Positions 25,719 to 38,720 of a DNA stretch of 64,000 nt are shown here, piece after piece; position 1 is the stretch's first letter; every line of letters begins with the position of its first letter. The notes under the pieces were generated by a model. It saw only the letters and a program-made list of their open reading frames with translations. It did no database searches and had not been told where the DNA came from. The DNA comes from Vicugna vicugna (taxonomy: Eukaryota), in NCBI GenBank assembly GCA_013265495.1, contig MU057378.1, forward strand, positions 1 through 64,000, in the 5' to 3' direction. A program made the translations under genes and the position numbers.

Positions 25719-26188
25719 TGTAATAGAGAGGAACAGGTCTGACTCCGTATCAGATCTGTTCCTTTAGTTTTGACCACTGTGTCCTGTTTTCTAGGCTGCC
25801 TTGCCAGCTCTGCATCTTTTGGGAAACAATGTTGCCTTTAGCCTGAAATAGACAGGAGAGCCTGTTCTCGGGGCTCTGACCTTTAAGGATGTCAGCACTT
25901 CTGCACTTGTGTGGAGATGGCAAGTTGCAAAATAGAGAATACGGTTGCAAGAACGAAGAATTCCTGCAGCAAGAAGTTTGCAACAACCAGCCACACCCCC
26001 TCCCTTGTTTTTTGTATAAAAGGAGCCTTTATTTTGACTAGAGTGGGATGGTTCTCCAGGACATTAGTCTGCCATCCTCTCTGTCTGCCGGCTTTCTGAA
26101 TAAAGTCGCTATTCCTTGCCCCAACAATTCGTATCCCAATTTATTGGCCTGTCGTGTGGCGAGCAGAACGAGTTTGGACTCAGCAACA
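25719..26188 (+). mobile_element. Solo ERV1 LTR
   Basis: TG...CA termini, TATA-like tataaaa, aataaa, and a perfect 4-bp TSD atta. Confidence 0.9.
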
Positions 26189-27320
26189 ATTATTTCTCAA
26201 AGTGTGGTGTGAGGCCCATGAACTGACTTCAGGGACCACATAAAACAGATGCCAATTTTTTAATTTAATTTTTTCTAGATGCTTTGAAACATGAGTTTGT
26301 GATGAATATCCCATTCATAGCACATAAAGTTATTAAAGCATCGCTGACTTACGATAACATAGAATAGCAGAACACAATCTGTACCACACATGGTCAGTTA
26401 ATTTTTACCCATCAGTTTCCCTGATAAGATATACAGAATAATTGTCCTTTGTAAATATTACTGAGACCCTAAACTGGCATTATATTTATGGACACAAGAT
26501 TTTTAAGAACGTTGTCAAGAATTCAGCTATAAAATGCCAAAGAAATTAAAGATAAAATGTCTATATTTTAAGATTTTACTTCTATAATTGAAGATAAATT
26601 CAAAATAAAAGTCTCAGTGCTTTAGGAGTTAAAAGATATTTTCCAGTAAAAATATGAAGCCAAAAAAATTCAAAGCAGTAGCTTATGTGTGTCCTTGATA
26701 CACTAGACAATGTGAATCTTGGTGAAAAGGAAAAGAGGTTTGGAAAGGCTGGGATTTTACTCACTCTTGGATTTGCCCCAACATGAAAGTCTTGTCCTGA
26801 AGCATTTGAAAAGAAGTCACACATGACTGAAAAGATCTCATTGAAGTCAGGAGTTTGGTTTAGTGACTTGGAGCAGAAATAGGATGAGGAAGCAGCGACT
26901 TTGTCAAACCACGTCCCTGAGTCCACGAAGCAGGTCATGAGTTATACAGGTAGCTACGGCCGTTTGCCTGCACCTGAGTGAAACCCCCCGAGGCCTCAGT
27001 GCGGCCAAAAATCTCGGGTTCTTACAGTAATACGCACTGATTTGTTCTCCGTAAAGGCGATCTTCAAAATAGCAAAAGATTTCTTTATCAGTGAAATATG
27101 TGACTTGGAAAAAAACCACGGTCATCTCTCAGCGATGCTGAGTCACAGAACTAAGTGTCGTTTGTTGGAAAAAGCAGATTACAGCTGCACACGTCGCGGG
27201 GATGAATAGCTTCCCAGAGCATCACAGCCTGGCATCAAAGACTCTGCCAGAGGCCCTGAAGAGTTCACAGGCATGTCTCTGAAAGTCATTAAACTGGCCA
27301 GAGTCAAGGCTTACACTCAC
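26189..27320 (+). mobile_element. Ancient hAT/Charlie (Buster-type) transposon relic
   Basis: Charlie-like end tttctcaaagtgtgg. Hand translation gives AIFKIAKDFF (~27055) and LASKTLPEALKS (~27229), which resemble Buster transposase motifs. Heavily decayed. Confidence 0.6.
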
Positions 27321-28599
27321 TGACGCTGGAGAGGATGTGGGGTAAAAAGCCAGCAGGACTGAATTTCAAGCCCAGATCGTTCACTCACTGGTAGGGTGAT
27401 GTGAACAACCTCTAACTCCTATGTGACGAGAGTTTTCCCATCGGCAAAGTGCTAATGCCTTCCCTAAAAATGCACGCTAAGGATCAAACGTGGTACTGTG
27501 TAAACGGATCTAGCCAGGTGCCTGGTCTTCGGTGAAATTTTGGATGCTTTAAGCTGAATAAAGATCTCAAACCATCTCTTGTTCCTTCTGAGGATCCCTA
27601 AGTTTTCCAGTGGGGGGAGGGTTGAGAGGGGAGCTTTTTCCCTTAAGCCTCATCACCATTTCCTGCGGAGCTTCCAGGATTGGCAACCAGTCTGGGTGAG
27701 CCTCTGAACAGAGGGCCCTTTCCTCAAGGTGAGCCAACGGCTGCCCCAACCAGGCTACAGGTGCGACAGCCTCTGTCCCCGCTGCTCTCCGGGAGCTGTT
27801 CCCCCCAGCCTTCCATCCCTCCACCCCTCTGATGCCCCCACCGTCAATGCTCCGAGCTGCTCTCTCCAGTCGTATAAGAAAGCCCACGAGCAGGAGGCTT
27901 CAGCGCGACATCTGTCATTTCCACTTTTATTCAGTTAACATCTGACATCCACTAATCTAATCACCCTCTGTGCACATGGATATTGGGTTAAGACAGCAAA
28001 TGACAAATGCAATACTCAAGTGAACCCTTAATTTACTGCAGTGAGTGTTTTAAGTCAATTCATCACACCATCTGTAGATTTTATAACTCACCATTTTGAC
28101 AATCGTGTAATTTCTATTATTTTTAACTAACATTTATTGTTTTACATTTCACCAAACACTTTCAGATATCTATTTGATCTTCACAAGAATCCTGTGTTGT
28201 AGGTAAGCCAGTCCCACTTTTTTATGATGAGGGAGAAAGAAGTTAAGTCAGCTGGCTAAAGCTTCTTGGCTAATCCATGGTCAGATAAACTAGATCTTAG
28301 GTCTTCTGGTTTAAAGTCGTGCCTTCCCTACAATTGTCTGCCATCCCCTGGTGCCTTGTCTCTTATCTACGCGGTGGTAGAGATAGTCAAAACACAAGGA
28401 AGCCTCTGCAGTTAGCGTCAGATTACCCGCATCAAACCGAGTGATTAAAGAAAGCAAAGCTGTACCAAGAAATGCTCTCTTTGATTTGTATTCAAACTGA
28501 TATATTCCTTATGAAAGCAAAATGTAAAACCAAATTGTTTTTCAGGTTATAAAAATTCCAGATGGTAATTATAGAAAATGTAAATGAGAAATCATCACC

Positions 28600-29120
28600 T
28601 GGATGCTGTTTCGAGTGTGTTGGATATTTATTGTGCATTTTGAGTATGGGGAGGATGTGAGCTGGTTTATGTTTTAAGCTATCCCTGCGGCTGTTCTGTG
28701 AAGAGTAGTAAGAGTCCAAGAGGCAGAAGAGAGACCACTTGGAGGGGGGCTGCTGGAGTTGGGGGAGGCTTGGACCAGATGGAAGTACTGTAAGTGCTAA
28801 GATGTCACGTCCAGAAGTGAGATATACTTTAAAGATGCAGGTGATGGAGTGACTGTGGGCTTCCGTAAGCAAAAGAGAGACAGCAGGAATAACACAAGAC
28901 TTTGGCCTGAGAAACAGGTGGATAATGGGTGTCATTTGGTTCAATAGGAAAGAGAAGGGGAGGAGCAGAATTTTCAGAAAGAAATGGAGAATTCTGTTTT
29001 GGATGTGTTATGCATGAAGTATCTGTTGTCACTCATGGGGACTATCCAGTGGTCAGTTGGATATATGATCCTAAAAAACAGGGGAGAGCCAGAGTGGGAG
29101 ATAGAAGTGTGGATGTATTA
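28600..29120 (-). mobile_element. L2 remnant
   Basis: Motifs gagaattctgttttggatgtgttatgcatgaag and ggtcagttggatatatg. Confidence 0.7.
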
Positions 29121-29429
29121 TTGACACCACCCTGGCTCATTGCAGTAATACAGCTTGATATTTGTCACCAACAATGCCTATAAATGAATAAATCCACCCA
29201 GCCTTGCGAGGCTGCAAACCACGTTTCTGCTTTGCCAGCTGAGTCCACTGACTGGGGGTGCTGGGGAGGCATAGCAGGAGGAGGAGGAAGGGTCTCCCTT
29301 CTTCCTGTTGGCCTGTGAGCTCCTGGAGCACCATCCAAAAGTGCTTTTTCACCCCAGCAGAGGTGGTTTGTTCTGGAAGGTGTAGTTGAGTCCAGTGTGG
29401 AGAGAATCCAATACTCTCCCAACCAGCCC

Positions 29430-29743
29430 CGGGCACCCCCTCAGGGACCCCATACCAGTGCCTGGTCTCCTTCTGAGGGGCCTGGGTCCCAGAACCATCT
29501 GGGCTACAGCCCCTCCAACATCTGAGTGTCAGGTTTCTAAATGTTCATTATTCCAACCTCTTTCCTTTCTTTCTCCAGCTCTTAGAAGCAGCAGCAGCCT
29601 CCTGCAATTGCTACCTTTGTGATAACTTGGAATTCTTGTTCTCCCTTTACATCCCTTGTGAATAATTTTATACTTGGTTAACAGTTTTTCATATGAAATT
29701 CTCTCTAGTAAAATATCTGATATGATGTCTGTCTCCTAAATAC
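29430..29743 (+). mobile_element. Old ERVL-type LTR remnant (LTR33-like)
   Basis: 3' end catatgaaattctctctagtaaaata...tgtctgtctcct..ataca and agcctcctgcaattgcta. Family assignment is from memory. Confidence 0.45.
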
Positions 29744-29824
29744 ATAGTGATGGCCACATTCCCAGAAGTAGGCACGCATTACATCTATTTGTTCCATTTG
29801 CATACAAACTTTAACGTGTTCATT

Positions 29825-30378
29825 TGAGATAGGAGGGAAGAGGGCAGGGTACAGCCATTAAAAGCATGACACAGCCATTGAGAAAAACAAGATAGGACAT
29901 AAACTGGTTAGAACCAACCAGGCCCAAGATGGTGGAAGATTCAGTTCCCAGTAGACCTTGAGCTTCAATAGACAATGAAGTACAACAGCTGCTGAAAGGC
30001 ACTCCCACAGGCGCCATGGCAGTTTCAAGGCTGACCGTCAAAGGTCAAAACTGGGTGATGGCCCAGGTCCTGGGAATCCCAGCCCCTTCCCCAAAATAGT
30101 TGAAATAATCCTCCCACTTGTTAGCATATGAAGTTATCGAGCCCATAAATACTAAAAACCCAGCAATTCATAACTTTTCTCTTGCTTTCTGAGATGGCCC
30201 ACATTCTGTCTACAGAGGGTGCATCTCTCTAAATAAATCTACTTTTACTTGACTATGACTCACTCTTGAATTCTTTCCTGAGTGAAGCCAAGGACCGTCA
30301 CTTGAAGGGGTGTGTCCCAGGAACTCTCCTTGGACCTGGGACAGGGCCATCCTCTCTGGCCCCATTTTTCCTGTATCA
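29825..30378 (+). mobile_element. Solo ERV1 LTR, MER41-like (copy 1)
   Basis: TG..CA termini. Motifs ccaagatggtgg, ggcgccatggcagttt, aataatcctcccacttgttagcatat and gaattctttcctg. Homologous to 34824-35495. Confidence 0.8.
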
Positions 30379-31211
30379 ATTGATACACCAAAACTCATCG
30401 AGCGGTATGTATGAAATCCATGAACCCAAGATCAGGACTCTAGAGGTCTCACGCAGGACATGCTCAGTAATGGTTCTCAGAAAACAATCTGAAAGTGCCC
30501 TGAGTTCTGGGCTGTCTCACTAAGTCCACACAGTCTTATCAATAAACGTATTTACCCATGTTGTATGCTGTTTCCTGAAAGGTGGTCTTGGCATTTCAAG
30601 TGAGATTCCACATTAGAAGCCTATAAATCCACCAGCGAGAAATGGTTAATAATCGTAATTGCAAAGAAAAATTTTATGGTCTCCAGGAGCTTCTTTTTGA
30701 TCATAGTCCCTTCTCCAAATAGTTTTACAGAACTGATTTTTTTTTAAGTCTATACTTATAATGTTTTTCAAGATACAAAACCACCTTTATTTTGGCAGGT
30801 CCCCATGAATCAAGTTCCCTTGAGTGTAAGTAGACTCAAGGTAAAAGCTGATATTAAGATTTCTAGAAACTTGTAAGGCTGGGGCCGTGTGAGAAGTGTC
30901 ATCTTTTTCCTTTAAGAGAGAGAACTCCAAGCTGTGAGGCAGATTCTCCACGAAGTGGGCAAGACTGTCTCTTGAGGCACAGAAAGAAGTTCTAAAGCTT
31001 CTATTTCTAGCCATATTGCATCTCATGCTTTTAAATTGTCTATTTCTGTGCATGTTTTATAATGTACATAATTTATTGATTTGATTTCAAAATGTGAATA
31101 TTTTGTGAATAAAAAATAAATCAAGTGTTTAAAGCTTTTTTTTTTTAATAAGAGGAGTCCACTTTCAGGAAATTTGGGAGACTACCGCTCTGTGGACAAA
31201 AACTGTATGTC

Positions 31212-31610
31212 TGGTATTTTTCTTTCTCTTTCTGCCTTACTTCACTTATATCACTCATATGTGGAATCTTAAAAAAAGGGAAAGAGGACACTACTGAACT
31301 CATCTACAAAACAGAAACAGACTTGCAACATAGTAAACAATCTTATGGTTACCGGAGGAAAGGGGGTGGGAAGGGATAAATTCGGGAGTTTGAGATTTGC
31401 AAATGTTAGCCACTATACATAAAAATAAATTTAAAAAACCAAATTTCTTCTGTAGAGCACAGGGAACTACATTCAATATCTTGTAATAACCCTTAATGAA
31501 AAAGAATATGAAAACAAATCTATGTATGTATGTGCATGACTGGGACACTGTGCTGTACACCAGAAATTGGCACATTGTAACTGACTGTACTTCAATTAAA
31601 AAAAAAAAAA
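31212..31610 (+). mobile_element. Young L1 3' fragment with 5' inversion
   Basis: 31212-31248 is the reverse complement of the L1 segment just upstream of tatcactcatatgtggaatc. The poly-A tail runs into the gap. Confidence 0.88.
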
Positions 31611-31935
31611 NNNNNNNNNNNNNNNNNNNNNNNNNNNNNNNNNNNNNNNNNNNNNNNNNNNNNNNNNNNNNNNNNNNNNNNNNNNNNNNNNNNNNNNNNN
31701 NNNNNNNNNNNNNNNNNNNNNNNNNNNNNNNNNNNNNNNNNNNNNNNNNNNNNNNNNNNNNNNNNNNNNNNNNNNNNNNNNNNNNNNNNNNNNNNNNNNN
31801 NNNNNNNNNNNNNNNNNNNNNNNNNNNNNNNNNNNNNNNNNNNNNNNNNNNNNNNNNNNNNNNNNNNNNNNNNNNNNNNNNNNNNNNNNNNNNNNNNNNN
31901 NNNNNNNNNNNNNNNNNNNNNNNNNNNNNNNNNNN
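31611..31935. other. Assembly gap
   Basis: Run of N after poly-A. Confidence 1.
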
Positions 31936-33782
31936 ATAAGTTATTTATCCTCTCATTAAGGAGAGAGGAATACATTTTAGGATCATTTCTACCAGAGGAA
32001 ATGGCTGAAATAAAAAATCCTGAACTCAACAGTTTAATTCACATCCAAGAAAGTAGGCTACACAGAATGACTGGATACCCAGTTGACCAAGTCTTGATAA
32101 CATAAAGAAGGAAACAGAAGCTTAAAGCCAGAATGCTGAGAGCCAATTCATTGACAGTGCCCTACAGTATCTGCTAAGGAAGAAGAGGAAATTAAAGTAT
32201 AAGGGAATTAGGCTACCTAGCTGAGAGGCAGTAACTTTCCAGAGGGCCTCGTTAAGTGTGATGTGTTCATTCTGTTCCATTTTGGAGCTCCCCAAATCCA
32301 CTCTTCACGGTGTCTAAGAATCCGGAGGCTGGGAAATATATCTGTCCTCTGACCACTGGATCAAGCAGAATTAACCTTTTCAAATTTAAATGTAAATGTC
32401 TAATACAAAGCGTGCAGCCAGCCGAGTCTGTGACTGCCAGGAAGGGATGTTTCTGTTGCCCACGGAGGCACAGGATGACACTGTGAATGGCTTAAACACA
32501 GAGGCACAGCACAGCCAGTCCACAACAGGCTTCATTCCCCCTGCTCACTGTCTAACAGAATTTCATTTTTATTGGGGACGACTGTAGACTTAACTAAACA
32601 TATCCACTCTCCCTGCTGAAAGTGTCCCTTGTCACCCACAGCAGCCAACTGGCATGTGGATGCGGCCCTGCAAAGAGCATCCCCTCCAGAGCGGAGATGC
32701 AGAACTCGCACAGGGAGGGCTCCCTGGGATGCAGGCTCAGACCCAGAGGATGTGCTGCCCAGGGACCACCTTCCGGGGCAGCGCCCTGAGGAGGCAGCGC
32801 GAGTCTGTCCCCGGCAGCGTGGTTCAGGGTGGAGCCGAATCCGCCCTAAACCCCCTCCGCCCTTGTTGTCCCAAAAGAAAACTCTGCTACTTTGATCAAG
32901 AATTCCGTTACACACAGCTTCGTGCAGCCCTAACTTGTCCGATGTGTTACTATTGTGCTAAGTATCGTGCTGGTGCTTGAAACACTCTAATTTAATTCTC
33001 TCAGTAGCTCTACGGGGGCGTAGTCGGGGGAGAACGATCATTCCCCCTCATTTGACAAGGAAGTTAAACAGCTCACCAAGACGACTCAACTAGCAAGGAG
33101 CAGAACTCAAAGTTGAATCCCAGTCTGATGGTCTCTGTGGCTTCTCCCAGGATGCCAGACCCGGGGCACTGCAGGCAGGTCATTGCTCCAAAGACAGCTT
33201 TGCTCCCAGAGGCTTACATCACGGGCAGCCAAGGAAGCTGCAGGGAGCATCACTGTCCTGGGCAGAGAGCAGACTTACTCACTCACTCCAGGCTGATAAA
33301 GCCTGCCCGCTTTCCTCAGAGAAGACATGCTTGCATTCCGAGCTAAGAAGAATAGCATCTTCAGGTAAAAAATAGCGGACAGGTTTGCCAGCATCTTGTT
33401 ATAAGCTCAGGGTTTCCTGAGCTTGGGGAGGGGGAGTCTCAGCAGTCATACTGTCCCCCGCATGCACAGTATCCATCCGGACTTGCACCTGTACCACCCC
33501 TGGGACTGGAGACAAGGGAACCTGATGTGAACATGACGTTCCGATGCGTGAACTGTCTGCATACATGAGGGCACGTTGTCTCTTTATGGAAGGAAGATGT
33601 GGGAAGGAGCCAGCCCACAGAGCTAGCGCTTAGGGTCCGCCCGATCACTTGACCACAGACCGAAGGGGTTTAGGATCCAGCTGAGACACCTTTTTGTGGT
33701 CCCACAGGATGATGTGGAAAGAATCGAGATCCTACCCTTCAAGAGCACCGCACTTTTCTTTTAAGATGTGATTATCCCAGAA

Positions 33783-34267
33783 CAGTGGTTGTCAACCTTT
33801 TGGAATTTGTCACACTCTTGCATTCTAGAGTTTTGGCAGCATCCTTGAAGGAATTGAATAACCCAAAGCATCTAAGAAGAACACAGAAATCACTATTACA
33901 ATATGATAACATCAAGAAGTTTCCACGAAAGCTTCCGGACTGCTGGCTTCATCCGTTCCCTTTCTCCAAGGCTGTCTGTGGGGCTGCGACCAGAGCTGTC
34001 TGCTGCCCTGACTTTATCCTCACATCTTCGTGGTGCAAAATCCCTCCCACGTCCCAATAAGCAAATGCGCTTTCTTTAATGCCCCGTTATATATTCACGA
34101 AACTATGTCACACCCATTCAGCGTTGCCTCTCACAGGGCTTTCAGTGACAGTAGGAAGTCAACAGCAAAGACAAAAACATTACGCTCTGGTAAAAACGTT
34201 CTGTCGTGTGATTTGATGAGGGAACACGGGGCACCTCTGCACCCAGCACACCTATTGAAAACCACTG
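33783..34267. mobile_element. hAT/Charlie-type non-autonomous element
   Basis: Terminal inverted repeats cagtggttgtcaa / ttgaaaaccactg. No 8-bp TSD is recognisable. Confidence 0.55.
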
Positions 34268-34823
34268 TGAGCATTACATCAGTGTTTACTGAACCCCCAT
34301 GGCCCCCAGAGAGTAATATTCCAGGCACGGGGTGGGGGGGAGGGTGACAGAGTGGTCCCTGCCATCAAAGACATAATACTTTGGAAAATGGGATATAGGT
34401 GTGTTATCCAAAGAACACATGGATACACGGTATCATTACAAGAACCAATTAACACTGTGGGTGTAAAGCTCGGTCCACAATTCAGGTGCACAGAAAACAC
34501 TGAACTTTTAAATTAGCTTTAAAGAAACTTAAATCCAACCCCAAATACCCAGCCTACTGAAACGCCCAGCACTCATGTTGTAGAGGAGCGCAGGGAACAC
34601 CCTGCTGTGACCCACACCTCTCCCTTCCCTTCTCGGGAGAAGACCCTCTCTCTCCTGCCTTCCCTCTTTCTCTCTCTCCTTCTCTTTCTTCTTGGATGCC
34701 TAGCATCCTTTCATTAACTACATTTATACAATTATGATACAACACAACAAAAACTAACAGATAGTGTTCCTCCTGTGCCAGGCAGTGCTCTTGTCTTTTA
34801 TTGTTTTTACTCATCTGTCCTGA

Positions 34824-35495
34824 TGAGACAGGAGAGAAGGGGGCAGGTCACAACCATTCAAAGAAGGACACAGCCACTAGCACCAAGATGGCGGGAGATT
34901 CAACTCCCAGTGGACCTTGAGCTTCAACAGATGCTCACTGAAATACAATAACTGCTATGTGGTCCTCCTGTGGGCGCCATGACAGTTCCAAGGCTGACCA
35001 TCAAAGGTCAAAATCCTGGCCCGGTTCCTGGGAATCCCAGCCCCTTCCCCAAAGCAGCATATGAAGTTGCCGAGCCCACAAAACTAATAACTCCCATGCC
35101 TCGTGGCCAGTCTCATTTTCCCTAGCCAACCCCATGATCCAAGGCCACTGCTCTCCCTTCTGAGTAGGACGGCCCACATTCTGCCTTTGGAATAGAATGG
35201 ATCTTGCTCTGTCACTCTGGCCTTCGTATTCTACGGTGATGGCGGGAAAGTTTATTACTGCTTGATTCTGCTCCAAAAGACCATTCCTAGTAACCTGGCT
35301 GTCTCATCTGAGATGGCCCGCACTCTGTCCATGGAGGGGGCATCTCTCTGAATAAATCTACCTTCCCTCTACTGTGGCTCGCTCTTGAATTCTTTCCTGC
35401 ACGAAGCCAAGGACCTTCACGTGATGAGGCGAGTCCCAGGGACTCACCTTCGATCTGGGACACAGCCATCCTCTCGCCCCACTTTTCCTGTATCA
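34824..35495 (+). mobile_element. Solo ERV1 LTR, MER41-like (copy 2, longer variant)
   Basis: tgagacagg...ttttcctgtatca. 4-bp flanks ctga/ctta. Extra internal segment at about 35100-35290 relative to copy 1. Confidence 0.8.
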
Positions 35496-35648
35496 CTTAT
35501 TCAGCTTTCTGCAATAACGCTATTATTATCTTCATTCCCAGCTGAGAAAACCAAGTCATAGAAAGGGGCTTTGTCCAAAGTCAGACAATGGGAAAATCAG
35601 CTGACTCTTAGTTCGGGCGTTTAGACCTCAAGAAGCTTCTGTGTTCCA

Positions 35649-35773
35649 TATGGAAAGGAATCTCTGGATGTATACATAGGACTGGGACATGGTGCTGGAC
35701 ACCAGAAATTGACACATTGTAACTGACTGCACCTCAATGAAAAACAAAACCAAGCAAAATAAAATAAAATAGA
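35649..35773 (+). mobile_element. Short young L1 3' end
   Basis: gactgggacatggtgctggacaccagaaattgacacattgtaactgact. 19-bp TSD aagaa(g/a)cttctgt(g/t)ttcca. Confidence 0.88.
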
Positions 35774-36634
35774 AAGAAACTTCTGTTTTCCAACACCCCC
35801 CTGTTGGCACAGTGCTGTGGAAGGTTCGTCACAGAAAACGTGAGCCACAGACAAGACTAGGACATGAGTATGTTCTCGTTTTCTCCTTCTTTTTTTTAAT
35901 CATAAATTAAGCTCAGCCCTATTTTAAACACCAGTAGAAAAACCTTACAGATTTGGAGTTTCCTTATGATAGTTTTTTTTAACAGAGTGGGTTTGGATTT
36001 GAATAGCATTGCCTGGCACGGAAGGTTGAACTCGCTTGTCCACCAAGAAACATTCAACTTTGTGAATTTATTACTCAATTTCATCTAGATGCTGGACAGC
36101 TGGAAGCCATCCTGTGGTGGTGAGTTCCAGCAATATTAATCTGTGGGTTTATGGGAAGCAGGGTCAAGGATGTTTAGATCACAAATCTTCAGCCTTGACC
36201 CTGAGGTTTTTCAGAGCCATGGGAAATTTCAAATAACAACCAAGTGAAAAGCAGTGTCCTGGACTCCAGAAAGTACTCCGTGGAGGGCTCCTGCCCTTCC
36301 AGGGCAGAGGAAGCTGGAGATAATGAACACCCTCTCCCTCTCTCTTGGTTCTCTCTCTCTGTCTCTGTCTTTCTAAGCAATTCTAAAAGCTAAGGCTAAA
36401 TCAATATACTCTTGACACTATATTTCCAGAAAAGTCAGATTTCTGGGACCTCTAGAAGTTGTTCCCATCTCAGTGAACATTGTGAAAAATCAAGACATTT
36501 TTTCCCCTGATAATTCATCCAACATGATCAAATGTGAAATGATATAAATTTCTTGTGTTATGTTTTTCTTACTCCCAATAATAATTATGATGAAACAGCC
36601 TTCATTTTTACCATTGGCCCTTCTTTTCATTTAA

Positions 36635-36760
36635 AAAACATTGAGGGTGGAGGTAATTAGGGTTTTTTTATCATTTTTATTTTAATGAAAGTACTGGGGA
36701 TTGAACCCAGGACCTCGTGCATGCTAAGCATGTGTTCAGACACTGAGCTACGCCCTACTG
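36635..36760 (-). mobile_element. tRNA-derived SINE
   Basis: gtactggggattgaacccaggacctcgtgcatgctaagc...ctgagctacgccct. Confidence 0.9.
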
Positions 36761-37864
36761 CCTCAGCCTTCATTTTTAAAGGGGACATACAAGGTCTGAT
36801 AGGTATTTCAGAAAGAAAAAAAACAACTGAATGCTTCAAAGCCTGTCGTGTAACAGCTGAGCCCTGGCACCACCACCACCAAACAGCAAATATGCCAAAG
36901 ACAGCAAGATGCATTAGGGAGAGAAGGCGTGGTGCTCAAGCCGAAGCCCCCACCAGACAGATGAAGGAGGGCATGACCCATGCATGAAGAAGGGGGATGC
37001 TGGAAGGGACCACACGGTGCTGGGCAGTAACCAGAACATCAGTTTTGTTCCAGACCTCAGACAGGGCAGCTGCCACGTGTCCTCTGATGCAGTCACTTGG
37101 AGCCAAGTCCTCGGTCGCATTAAGCTCTTTAAATGCCACCTGGCCGTGCCGAGAAATCTTCTGCAACAAAGATCAATTTCAGCGATCCCCAAATAAAGAG
37201 GAAGTAGAAAGCTAAACAAACACAACATTAACACAAGGCAAAATCCTAACTCGCCGCTGACACACTACCCTTCGGTGCGGTCACACGTGATTTGAGCTCC
37301 ATCTGAAAACCTAATGCAGATTACAGAATAGCTTGGCAGCTCCCCCTTCTCGCATTGCTGGCTGAGTTCCTCGTGGCTGAAGCCAGCTTCCCTACAAGTA
37401 AACCCTGAACGTCATCTTTTAAACTCAAATTAGGAATTCGGTGGCGGGATTCTCAGTTCCCAGGTGTAAGCGGGGCAGAATGTGTTTGAATCCTTCTCCA
37501 ATCAGTCACCAACCAGAAAGCTTTCCCGAAAAGATGCTCAGAGTTTAGAGGGAAGGGAAGGTCTTAGCCCAGAGAAGAGGACTTATCACAAAAGCTCCAT
37601 CTCCTCCTCCACGGCGGCCTTGTCTCACTCTTCTAGACAAGGGAGCAGAGAAGAGAGACAAATAAACAAAACCTGAGATAAAACAAGGATGAAGTGATGG
37701 CTGCGAATGCATCCTCTGCCAGTTAAAAGCAAGAAAATGCTGATTATTTAACAATTAGCACGGTTGTCCCCTTAATTAGAAGCATATCATGTTAATGAAA
37801 GTTTTACCAAATAATTTCCAATTCGGCTGAAATGATTATTCACCGTAGAACTAAGAACCACTGG

Positions 37865-38242
37865 GGCAAACCAGTGGGTTTAACCAACCATGGAATGAAA
37901 ATGTTTGAGGGGTGAAAAAAAATCCAGAAAGTTCCAAAAAGCAAACCATGAATTTGCCATGCTCAGGCCACTATTTACACAGCCTTTACATAGAATTTAC
38001 AACTATTTACAAGAATTTACACTGTATTGATGACTATTTACACAGCTATTACATGGTATTCACAACTATTCACACAGCATTTACACTGTATCGGGTATCA
38101 TAATTAACCTAGAGATGATTTAAAGTGTACAGGAGGATGTAGGCAGGCTGTACGAACCACTGCCCCATTTTATACAAGGCACTGAGCATCCAAGGATGTC
38201 AATGTGATGGGAGGCGTCCTTGGAGCCCCCAAGGGGTGACTG
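37865..38242. mobile_element. MER2/MER2B-like Tigger MITE
   Basis: Repeated actatttaca units, then ctagagatgatttaaagtgtacaggaggatgt and ccattttatacaagg..ctgagcatcc. Confidence 0.8.
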
Positions 38243-38294
38243 AACATTCTGGATCCTTGTTATTAGGGCTTCTGTGACTTTATATCACTCAGGA

Positions 38295-38720
38295 CAGCAG
38301 CTCTCAAAAGTGTGATCTACAGACACACTAGGAGTCCTCAAGCTCTGTCCAGAGGGGACGTCAGGTCAAAATTCTTTCCACAATAATGAGAAGTTTTTGC
38401 CCTTCTCACTGGGCCAATATCACATTTGCAAGGCAAAGCAATAGTGAGTTGGTGAGTGGAACATCTGGTACCTTAGCCCGATCCATCCCTCGTATCTCTG
38501 AACCTAGGAGTTGAAGCAGGGAAGCTGTTTGACCTAAGTGTGTCCTTGATGAATCAGTTAAGAGTGTTAATTGTATTAAGTCTTAATACCTCAATTCACG
38601 CCTTTTTTTTAGCATTTCATTTGACAAAATATACACAAAGCCCTTCTTCTCTGTGCCAAAGTAGAGTGTTGTCTCAAGGAAAGGCACCAATGCGATTCTT
38701 TGAGTCATGAGCTGGCCAGA
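38295..38720. mobile_element. Charlie1a-like hAT fragment
   Basis: cagcagctctcaaaagtgtg...ggtcaaaatt...tgtccttgatgaatcagt...gttgtctcaaggaaaggcac. Confidence 0.7.

Noticed and set aside
31496..32029. Long ORFs here and at 62929-63625
   Set aside because: Artefacts of translating N gaps.
29825..35495. Possible provirus bounded by two same-orientation MER41-like LTRs
   Set aside because: The copies differ in length and sequence. No primer-binding site follows 30378, and I see no gag/pol/env-like sequence between them.
37968..38095. Regularly spaced actatttaca repeats resembling an array
   Set aside because: Internal repeats of the MER2-like element. The context is eukaryotic and this is not CRISPR.
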